From IMG/VR virus record IMGVR_UViG_3300028883_000031, positions 1 to 12,173 of that record: 12,173 bases of DNA; one strand, written 5' to 3'. Made by a program: the position numbers and the translations under genes. This stretch comes from a virus. Shown here in pieces: positions 1-5,955 of this stretch (its first letter is position 1; each line of letters opens with the position of its first letter). The notes beneath the pieces are model-generated. The model was not told where the DNA came from, ran no database searches, and saw only the letters and a program-made list of their open reading frames with translations.

Positions 1-127
1 ATTCCACTTAAACTTGGTGGTCTATTAAACTTTACTCTTATTGCTAATTGATTCCAAATGTCTTGTTCTAATAAAGTCTGCTCTTCAACATACACTGGTT
101 CAAAAGTCATATAACCCACTTTAGATG
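1..127. repeat. Terminal overlap copy 1, identical to 12047..12173 (circular-assembly signature or terminal redundancy)
   Basis: Base-by-base comparison of the first 127 nt with the last 127 nt shows identity; the unit length is therefore 12,046 bp. Confidence 0.97.
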
Positions 128-1010
128 CTGCCTCTGTGAAATCAGATGTATTGGCAATAGCTTTGGGAATACCCACAGCTTGATAAAAGAACCCTTCTAA
201 ATATCTAATCCAATCCAGGAAAGGTTGTAAAGGTGGAGTTGTGTAATCCATAACTTCAATGTCTTTGTTTTGCCTTCCAGGTAATACCAAAACTTCTCCA
301 TCCTTAATTGCTGTTTTCCATTGTGTTCTTAATTCTGATAATTTGGTTGGGTTATCAATATCACAATAAATAACTCTAATTGAACTTCTATGTGATATTC
401 TTCGCCAGTCTCTCATTGCTTCATTTCTTGCTTCAATAACCCACTTAACTGCTTCCCAAGATGGAGTTCCATGTATTTCAGATGCTATTCTATCATTAGA
501 AATATGAAATATCTCCTCTGGTTGCCATTTAACCTCTGTAGGTTTTCCATCCTTTCCTAATTCAGTGTATCCTTCTATTAATCCTTTTTTATTAAATAAA
601 ACTCTTATTTTTCTTGGATTTAGAGGAATTAAATTAACTAATCTACCATCTTTCTCATCTCTAATTATTTCAGCATAAGCATCACCATTTATTTTTTTAG
701 TAATAATTAAAGAAGTCATAATTGATTGAAAACTATCTTCACCCCATCCCTCAATATTATCTAAAGTAATTTTATCTTTATCTTGTTCAACATTATAACC
801 TCTTCCAATAGCCCATCTTGCTAATGCCCTAATGGCTTCTTTAAACTCTGGAATGTTTTTATAAATTCCTAATCCCTCAGACCAATAAGTATTATCCCAA
901 TAAGTTCTCTTTTGCTCTTCTGTATCGTCAATATGTTCTGAAGGAGTTTTATAGTCGAGCCCTGCTGAGTTTAGTTCTGTTGTTGTTGTGTTTGATAAAT
1001 TTCTTTCCAT
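1..1010 (-). CDS. Portal protein, 5' 1010 nt of a 1095-nt ORF (364 aa) that wraps across the window junction to a stop at 11962
   Basis: Hand translation from ATG 1010..1008 (TAATG overlap with the upstream stop) stays open to position 1. It reads MERNLSNTTTTELNSAGLDYKTP...INGDAYAEIIRDEKDGRLVNLIPLNPRKIRV...WQPEEIFHISNDRIASEIHGTPSWEAVKWVIEARNEAMRDW...AVGIPKAIANTSDFTEAASKVGYMTFEPVY. These blocks resemble conserved blocks of the HK97/SPP1-type Phage_portal family. The gene sits in a head-module context. No search was run. Confidence 0.8.
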   Translation of the reverse strand, partial: MERNLSNTTTTELNSAGLDYKTPSEHIDDTEEQKRTYWDNTYWSEGLGIYKNIPEFKEAIRALARWAIGRGYNVEQDKDKITLDNIEGWGEDSFQSIMTSLIITKKINGDAYAEIIRDEKDGRLVNLIPLNPRKIRVLFNKKGLIEGYTELGKDGKPTEVKWQPEEIFHISNDRIASEIHGTPSWEAVKWVIEARNEAMRDWRRISHRSSIRVIYCDIDNPTKLSELRTQWKTAIKDGEVLVLPGRQNKDIEVMDYTTPPLQPFLDWIRYLEGFFYQAVGIPKAIANTSDFTEAASKVGYMTFEPVYVEEQTLLEQDIWNQLAIRVKFNRPPSLSG

Positions 1011-1684
1011 TATTCTTCTATTCTAAAAGGAACATACACATTTAAATCTGAGTGTCCGTCATCTGCTACAACCCAATCAGGTGTGCCGCCAATATCTTCA
1101 TTTTTAGGATTAATAGGCAAATACATCTGACAAGTAACCCCGTCAGAAGAACGATGTCCATACATTTCAACTTTTAATCTTAAAATATCATCTTTTACAA
1201 ATTGTTTTTCAGTCATACTCACTTCTAAACAAAATGGAAAAGTAAAAAATTTTGTATAATTTCCAGCTAATGTTTCAGTTTGCACTGTCCCTATTGTAGT
1301 GGCAGTAGTTCCGTCATAATGTTCAAATGTAAAAAGAATATATCCTTGGCATTCATCATTTGGGTTATCAGGGCAGTAAAAACCCAAAGTTCCTTCAATA
1401 TATGCTGTTCCTTTAACATATTTAGCTTTATTAAATGGAGATAAAGCAAATGTAGCTGTCTTTTCTAAAGTAAAAGAAGGACCTGCTTCTGTTAAAGCAT
1501 CACTTAAAATAAACAAAGGGTCTCCGTTTAAAATCTGTTTTGACAACTTAAATGATTCTCCAGTGGAGTCAGTGCTTCCAAAACATTTAAGAGCAACAAT
1601 ACCAGTTCCATCTGAGATGTCCTCGTAATCATAATTAATTATTTGGTTTGAACCTACATTAAAGTCTTGTGAAATTGTTGCCAT
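1010..1684 (-). CDS. Hypothetical beta-rich virion protein (224 aa)
   Basis: Long ORF tightly coupled between the 122-aa gene and the portal (one base separates it from the upstream stop; TAATG overlap downstream). Composition suggests an all-beta fold. No recognisable motif. Confidence 0.6.
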   Translation of the reverse strand: MATISQDFNVGSNQIINYDYEDISDGTGIVALKCFGSTDSTGESFKLSKQILNGDPLFILSDALTEAGPSFTLEKTATFALSPFNKAKYVKGTAYIEGTLGFYCPDNPNDECQGYILFTFEHYDGTTATTIGTVQTETLAGNYTKFFTFPFCLEVSMTEKQFVKDDILRLKVEMYGHRSSDGVTCQMYLPINPKNEDIGGTPDWVVADDGHSDLNVYVPFRIEE

Positions 1685-1685
1685 T

Positions 1686-2054
1686 TTAACTAATTGTCAA
1701 ATATGCTTTAATATTTGAATCTTTAATTTGTGCTAATCCTTTGCTTAGATGTGTTTGAAGTAAATTAAGTCTTAATGCTGCACCATTTACACCAATAGAT
1801 TCTGGTTCATATCCTATAATTTTTTGAGCAATATAAGCACAACAGATAGTGCTTAATATTTCTTTTCCACTGGAAGTCAAGGAGGCATAATTAGTTATTA
1901 CATCATAATCGCATTCATTACAGACTAAAGATTCAGCTTCATCACTCCATTTGTCGAGAGTATCTTTACTACTTCCATAATTCACAATAGTAGTATTTGT
2001 ATTAGCACCAGCCGTATCTATTGCTGCTCCGCTTGTGCATAATGTCCAACTCAT
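1686..2054 (-). CDS. Hypothetical protein (122 aa), possible head-completion/connector protein by position only
   Basis: ORF starts one base after the TerL stop (TAACATG). No motif recognised. Confidence 0.55.
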   Translation of the reverse strand: MSWTLCTSGAAIDTAGANTNTTIVNYGSSKDTLDKWSDEAESLVCNECDYDVITNYASLTSSGKEILSTICCAYIAQKIIGYEPESIGVNGAALRLNLLQTHLSKGLAQIKDSNIKAYLTIS

Positions 2055-2055
2055 G

Positions 2056-3459
2056 TTAAAAGTAATATATACTCATATTTATATGTTTCTGATTTGCTAA
2101 CCATGCTGCTCTTGTCAATCCTTCAACTAAATCTGTAAATTTATGTTGTGCAGCAAAGATTTTAACCATTGTTTTTCTACCTTCTTCTCTTGGATATTCA
2201 TACTGGATAGCTCTCAGACATTCTATTAATTCTTCGTCATCTAATAATTGAATTTTACCTTTTTCCATTAGAGCTATCAAATTATCATACAAATCTTCTT
2301 TCAAAATTCTTCTATATTTCTCATTTCTACTATCTAAAGATTTCTTCAGATTATTTATAGCAACTATCTTATGTCTTATTCCAGGTTCTTTAATTAACCA
2401 ATCAAAAATTCCAACTCCAAGACTACCAGAACCAGCATCTATTCCAATTTTACGGAAATCCCATATTGCATCCATCATTAAAATATGGTCGTAAGTTTGA
2501 GTTGTTAAAGTCTTTCTTGTGTATTGGCTTTCTCTCTGTGCTAATCTTCCTTGTGGAAGTCTCTCTATAACTTCATAAGTAGAGGCATCATCTCCCATTC
2601 TTGCTATATCAACACCCAAATAGTAATCTCTATCTGGTATTCTTTGAGTTCTCTTTAATACACAGCACTTCTTTATGATTCTATCTGAGAATAAACGTCT
2701 AAAGTCAGATACAAATTCCCCCAAGTATTCCTGTGCATATTGTAATTCAGACATTCTTGCTTTTTCTCTATCTTGATGAGCCAACATATTCGAACTTTGT
2801 GGCTCTTCTCTTTGTTTGGCAATATCTTCTGCATTGATGTGCCATGTCTTAAAGTCTTTGTCAAAGAATCTATCGTGAAAATATCCTTTATCTCCCATTG
2901 GTGTTGAGAGTAAAATTATCTTTCCGCCTGTTGTTGCTAACATTGGAGTAATGGCAGGCCAAACACTCTCTGGAATAAATGCAGCTTCGTCAGCTATTAA
3001 TAAATCAACAGTGTATCCTCGTATCCCAAGACCATCCAATCCAGTTGGCAAACATCTGATTATACTTCCATTGTTCAGCTTTATTTCTGTCTTTGTTGGT
3101 CTGTCTTTTCCTTTCTTTATCCATGTTCGGTAGTTGTCGTGTAAATATGTTAATACCTTTGAGAAAAGCAAATAAGCTTGACGCTCTGTTGCTGATATTA
3201 TCATTATGGATTGCTTTTTGTTTAGAGCTGCGAACTTTCCTGCTTTTCTTGCTATGATTGTCGATTTTCCTACTTGCCTTCCTGCTCGAAGTGCTATGTT
3301 TCCGTCGTAATCCTCTACTTCTCGCTGCCATCTGTCAAGGGTAATCTTATCAGATTCTTTAATTTGTCCTCTGACATCTTTAGAATCATCTCGTTGATTT
3401 CCTTCTCTGCTTGCATTTGCAGAATGGACTTCTCCGACTTTTCTTTTATTTGTTGCCAT
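2056..3459 (-). CDS. terL: Terminase large subunit
   Basis: 467-aa ORF with Walker A GRQVGKST, Walker B-like VDLLIADEAAF and coupling motif LLSTP. The C-terminal half has acidic RNase-H-like nuclease motifs (YLGVDIARMGDD, IGIDAGSG). Confidence 0.93.
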   Translation of the reverse strand: MATNKRKVGEVHSANASREGNQRDDSKDVRGQIKESDKITLDRWQREVEDYDGNIALRAGRQVGKSTIIARKAGKFAALNKKQSIMIISATERQAYLLFSKVLTYLHDNYRTWIKKGKDRPTKTEIKLNNGSIIRCLPTGLDGLGIRGYTVDLLIADEAAFIPESVWPAITPMLATTGGKIILLSTPMGDKGYFHDRFFDKDFKTWHINAEDIAKQREEPQSSNMLAHQDREKARMSELQYAQEYLGEFVSDFRRLFSDRIIKKCCVLKRTQRIPDRDYYLGVDIARMGDDASTYEVIERLPQGRLAQRESQYTRKTLTTQTYDHILMMDAIWDFRKIGIDAGSGSLGVGIFDWLIKEPGIRHKIVAINNLKKSLDSRNEKYRRILKEDLYDNLIALMEKGKIQLLDDEELIECLRAIQYEYPREEGRKTMVKIFAAQHKFTDLVEGLTRAAWLANQKHINMSIYYF

Positions 3460-3509
3460 AACTCTTCTTCTTGATTACCGATAACAATTTCGTTATTATT
3501 TTTTTCCAT
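3315..3509 (-). CDS. Hypothetical 64-aa acidic/coiled protein; first, leaderless ORF of the structural operon; overlaps the terL 5' end by 145 nt
   Basis: Its ATG at 3509 lies 19-21 nt from the palindromic TATA box 3529..3538. The ORF reads in a different frame from terL (start 3459). Coding status is uncertain. Confidence 0.4.
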   Translation of the reverse strand: MEKNNNEIVIGNQEEELWQQIKEKSEKSILQMQAEKEINEMILKMSEDKLKNLIRLPLTDGSEK

Positions 3510-3528
3510 AATAAAAAAAAGAAAAAAG

Positions 3529-3538
3529 TATTTAAATA
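3529..3538. promoter_or_regulatory. Palindromic TATA box TATTTAAATA, promoter of the terL/portal operon, possibly bidirectional
   Basis: Lies 19-21 nt upstream of ATG 3509, matching the spacing at five other operon starts. Confidence 0.6.
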
Positions 3539-3560
3539 ATTTGTGTTTTCTCTGTGTAGA

Positions 3561-3605
3561 GTTGAGGGGGTTTATACTTTTCCCTCCTCGACTTTTTTCT
3601 TTTTT
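3561..3605 (+). other. Imperfect 10-bp hairpin (3561..3570 / 3583..3592) followed by T6CT6; candidate small RNA or oligo-T terminator
   Basis: The stem contains two G-T pairs, which are tolerated only in a plus-strand RNA. The T-run at 3593..3605 follows immediately. The stem starts about 22 nt downstream of the TATA box at 3529..3538. Confidence 0.3.
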
Positions 3606-3757
3606 AAAATAATAAAAAAAAATTTAAAAAATTTCGTTGAGGGGTAAGCACTTTTTATAAACTACATTTTTGAACGTCGGGGTTATTTGTAGTGTATAAA
3701 TAGAAATTGATTTGCGAGTTAGCCGGTATACCGATTAACTACACTGCCTCTGCGCCT

Positions 3758-3835
3758 AATTGAATTAAGTCCGCTTTGTGAAGCGGATTGCCTCTATAGA
3801 GGCAACTTTGCCCACAGGCAAAGCTTAATTCAATT
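3758..3835. other. Perfect 78-nt four-way-junction (cloverleaf-like) element: 12-bp closing stem plus three 7-bp hairpins with 4-nt loops
   Basis: Closing stem is 3758..3769 / 3824..3835. The hairpins are 3770..3787 (loop TGTG), 3788..3805 (loop TATA) and 3806..3823 (loop CACA). All 33 pairs are Watson-Crick and no junction nucleotide is unpaired. Confidence 0.85.
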
Positions 3836-3849
3836 CCTCCTCATCCTCC

Positions 3850-3978
3850 TCCTTTACCTGTATGCGAACGCAATGTAACCGAAAATTATATATATTATGA
3901 AAACTTAGTTTGAGGAACTCAAACTAAATTCTTAAGATAAATAAAGATGCGAACGAATGTGAGCATACAGGTAAAGGA
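3850..3978. repeat. 16-bp perfect inverted repeat (3850..3865 / 3963..3978) enclosing a 10-bp hairpin (3905..3914 / 3918..3927) and a direct repeat ATGCGAACG(C)AATGT (3862..3876, 3947..3960)
   Basis: All pairs checked by hand. The enclosed segment also carries a TA-alternating stretch near 3885..3898. Confidence 0.85.
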
Positions 3979-3998
3979 ACTATAACCTCGCTCCGCTC

Positions 3999-4053
3999 GG
4001 TAAATATTGAACTGGTAAATATTGAACTGGTAAATATTGAACTGGTAAATACT
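3999..4053. repeat. Tandem 15-bp repeat GGTAAATATTGAACT, three perfect copies plus a partial copy (iteron-like)
   Basis: Copies at 3999..4013, 4014..4028 and 4029..4043, with a partial copy at 4044..4053. Confidence 0.9.
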
Positions 4054-4062
4054 AAATTATTA

Positions 4063-4089
4063 AGTAGTTATGAAAAAGTAGTTATGAAA
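4063..4089. repeat. Direct repeat AGTAGTTATGAAA, two copies with 14-bp period
   Basis: Copies at 4063..4075 and 4077..4089. Confidence 0.8.
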
Positions 4090-4165
4090 GTTTAAATAAA
4101 AGGGGTATTGTGTATTAGTAGAATATGAGTATTTTACCTGTTTGTATATCTCATGGAGGGGGAAT

Positions 4166-4291
4166 GTGTGTTCTCTCTCTGTAGGAATTTGAATTACCTT
4201 AGTTGGAATTCTATTATATTGGTTTCTTTCTTTCTTTTCTTTTTGGTTCTTTTTCTTTTCTTTCTTTCAATATGACAGAGAGAGAACACAC
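4166..4291. repeat. 17-bp perfect inverted repeat GTGTGTTCTCTCTCTGT / ACAGAGAGAGAACACAC flanking a 92-nt spacer
   Basis: Arms at 4166..4182 and 4275..4291, all pairs checked. The right arm ends 7 nt before the TATA box of the plus-strand gene. Confidence 0.9.
4226..4268. repeat. Perfect homopyrimidine mirror repeat (19 nt, 5-nt spacer, 19 nt), an H-DNA/triplex-type motif
   Basis: CTTTCTTTCTTTTCTTTTT at 4226..4244 read backwards equals TTTTTCTTTTCTTTCTTTC at 4250..4268. The spacer GGTTC is at 4245..4249. Confidence 0.85.
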
Positions 4292-4298
4292 CAAAACA

Positions 4299-4306
4299 TT
4301 TAAATA
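4299..4306 (+). promoter_or_regulatory. TATA box TTTAAATA with upstream A-rich BRE-like CAAAACA; promoter of the leaderless plus-strand gene
   Basis: Exactly 21 nt separate the box from ATG 4328. Confidence 0.65.
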
Positions 4307-4327
4307 GTTTAATGTTTTAGTTTTGAT

Positions 4328-4567
4328 ATGAATATTAATGCAATAAGAGCTGAAGAAAGACATAGAAAGATAGTAGAAATATTAGCTACTATAAAAAAAG
4401 CTTTTGAGAATGGCTTAGAATTGAATTTTGAAGCGTTGATTAATCAAGCATGCTTTCAGCAAAGAATAGCAAGAAGGACAGCCATGGAATACATAAACAT
4501 AGCATTAAGCCAAGTGGAACATAAAATAGAAGGAAAAGGAAAAAATAAATTAATAATTAAGATTTAA
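4328..4567 (+). CDS. Small winged-helix-turn-helix-like DNA-binding protein (79 aa), candidate regulator
   Basis: This is the only plus-strand gene and it is leaderless. It shows a helix-helix-helix pattern with a recognition-helix-like RIARRTAMEYINIAL, then a basic beta-hairpin-like tail KIEGKGKNKLIIKI. Assigned by eye only. Confidence 0.5.
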   Translation: MNINAIRAEERHRKIVEILATIKKAFENGLELNFEALINQACFQQRIARRTAMEYINIALSQVEHKIEGKGKNKLIIKI

Positions 4568-4911
4568 AGAGGAATAACAGTGTATTTAGTCTTTAAACCT
4601 TCACCAGATTTCTTTACTTTAATATACGTTAGCTTTGGATTCTCTAACAATATATCTTGTAAAGCCATTAGCACAGACTTAGGAACTTTATACTTTTCCC
4701 CTTCAAGCATAAAATAGCTGTAAGGAAAATCAACATCGTTCTCTTCTTGAATTAGCACATCATCAATCTTAACTTTATCTAAATCTGCAATGTTCTTAAT
4801 TTTTGGTGCTTCATAGTTTTCAGCTGTTTCTTTGAGAGTTGCCATTTGTTCTACTACCTCCTTACATCTATATAAATATTCTTCTTCACTTAGTCCTTCT
4901 TTGTTTATCAT
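4564..4911 (-). CDS. Hypothetical protein (115 aa), last gene of the small-protein operon
   Basis: Clean ORF. It overlaps the upstream gene by 26 nt, and its stop overlaps the stop of the convergent plus-strand gene. Confidence 0.6.
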   Translation of the reverse strand: MINKEGLSEEEYLYRCKEVVEQMATLKETAENYEAPKIKNIADLDKVKIDDVLIQEENDVDFPYSYFMLEGEKYKVPKSVLMALQDILLENPKLTYIKVKKSGEGLKTKYTVIPL

Positions 4912-5092
4912 TTTCTATCATATCAGCTAACACATTATAAAAACCAAATACTATTGAGAGTACTATACAAAGTCTTAAAACCCAAAAAGCATAATACCAA
5001 AATGCAAAACAAATTAAAGCAAATATAATAAACAAAAGCAAAGCAGAATAAATAAAATTCTCTGTTGTTGTTAATTCTTTTGCATAATTCAT
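4886..5092 (-). CDS. Small membrane protein (68 aa, two predicted TM helices)
   Basis: Hydrophobic stretches FIYSALLLFIIFALICFAFWYYAFWVL and CIVLSIVFGFYNVL. SD cassette GTGGAGGATTTGAAATG lies at the start. Confidence 0.6.
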   Translation of the reverse strand: MNYAKELTTTENFIYSALLLFIIFALICFAFWYYAFWVLRLCIVLSIVFGFYNVLADMIENDKQRRTK

Positions 5093-5283
5093 TTCAAATC
5101 CTCCACTTTTAATTTTTGCATAGCTTCATAATTAATGGCCTCAACTTCTTCTTTTGTTAAAAAGTTAAATCTTCTTAAAATTGTAATTGCTGCATGCACA
5201 CCTTTTCTTATTTTGACAACTCTTTCTCCAGCTTCTTCGCCTGGATAATGCATGTGATGTTTTTGCCAAACTACTTTTTTCAT
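5089..5283 (-). CDS. Hypothetical protein (64 aa)
   Basis: ORF with ATGA start/stop coupling on both sides and an upstream GAAGGATTTAAAATG. Confidence 0.6.
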   Translation of the reverse strand: MKKVVWQKHHMHYPGEEAGERVVKIRKGVHAAITILRRFNFLTKEEVEAINYEAMQKLKVEDLK

Positions 5284-5528
5284 TTTAAATCCTTCTCGTC
5301 ACAAAAGACATCTTGATTAATAAGATTAAGTCTTTTCATCCATCTCTCTGTCAAAGTATCAAAATCACAAACATTTTCAAAATCATATTTCATCCACTTA
5401 ATAGCTTCTTGTTTTAGTAAATCTTCGGGTATTGCTCTTTTCTTTTTACATTCATCCTTTAAATAAAAAAGTGGAAACCAACAAAAACATTCTTTATCTG
5501 AAAAATCTTTTAAAGTTTTAAGTTTCAT
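5280..5528 (-). CDS. Hypothetical protein (82 aa), paralogue of 5525..5734; start moved to internal Met
   Basis: The start MKLKTLKDF is preceded by GAGGAGGATTTAGAATG and overlaps the upstream stop (ATGA). It shares MKLKTLKD and EAIKW with its neighbour. Confidence 0.6.
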   Translation of the reverse strand: MKLKTLKDFSDKECFCWFPLFYLKDECKKKRAIPEDLLKQEAIKWMKYDFENVCDFDTLTERWMKRLNLINQDVFCDEKDLK

Positions 5529-5734
5529 TCTAAATCCTCCTCTCTGATGTTGAAGAAATCTAACCAATCTCTACTTGATATTGCCCCACCATAATGTTTC
5601 CACCACTTAATAGCTTCTGCTTTTAGTTTTTTATAATTAATAACCAATTCATAATCATTACTTAGGGGAGGTCTTACTTTCCTTGTTTTAGTTGTTGAAT
5701 ACCGTTTTAAATCCTTCAAAGTTTTAAGTTTCAT
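5525..5734 (-). CDS. Hypothetical protein (69 aa), paralogue of 5280..5528
   Basis: Begins MKLKTLKDLKRY and contains AEAIKWWKHY. SD cassette AAAGGAGATTTAAAATG lies at the start. Confidence 0.6.
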   Translation of the reverse strand: MKLKTLKDLKRYSTTKTRKVRPPLSNDYELVINYKKLKAEAIKWWKHYGGAISSRDWLDFFNIREEDLE

Positions 5735-5955
5735 TTTAAATCTCCTTTTTCTTTTTTATCTTTTGAGAATATTTCTTTAATAGTTTCATCAATTTCAACT
5801 CTTCTTATAAAACCATCTTCACATTTAACCCCATTATGTAATCTTATTTTCAATTCCTCAATCTTTTTTTTAAAATCCTCTTGGGCTTTTTTGTAACCCA
5901 TTTTTAATCCTATTTTAAAATCTTCACTTACATTGGTTGTTATTTCTTTTTTCAT
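5731..5955 (-). CDS. Hypothetical protein (74 aa)
   Basis: ORF with the SD cassette TTGGAGGATTTAAAAAATG. Confidence 0.6.
   Translation of the reverse strand: MKKEITTNVSEDFKIGLKMGYKKAQEDFKKKIEELKIRLHNGVKCEDGFIRRVEIDETIKEIFSKDKKEKGDLK

Noticed and set aside
1-127. The 127-bp terminal repeat as a biological direct terminal repeat or as two copies of a gene fragment
   Set aside because: The portal ORF only becomes complete when the ends are joined. An overlap length of 127 matches a common assembler k-mer. A true DTR cannot be excluded without read-end analysis.
2673-3474. Track ORFs 2673..2864(-), 2951..3133(+), 3005..3331(-) and 3274..3474(+)
   Set aside because: All are nested in or antisense to the well-supported terL gene. 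They have low-complexity or implausible composition and no start signals.
3758-3835. Cloverleaf of tRNA-like length; considered calling it a tRNA gene
   Set aside because: The closing stem is 12 bp and all three arms are 7 bp with 4-nt loops. There are no junction nucleotides, 7-nt anticodon loop, T-loop or D-loop consensus, or variable region. It cannot be a canonical tRNA.
3999-4053. Short tandem repeats; considered a CRISPR array
   Set aside because: The 15-bp units are directly adjacent with no spacers, far shorter than CRISPR repeats, and there are no cas genes.
4125-4184. 19-aa micro-ORF (MSILPVCISHGGGMCVLSL) downstream of TTTAAATA 4091..4098
   Set aside because: It is too short to support. 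Its spacing to the TATA box is 26 nt rather than 21, and it runs into the inverted-repeat arm. It is kept only as a possible alternative promoter in the findings.
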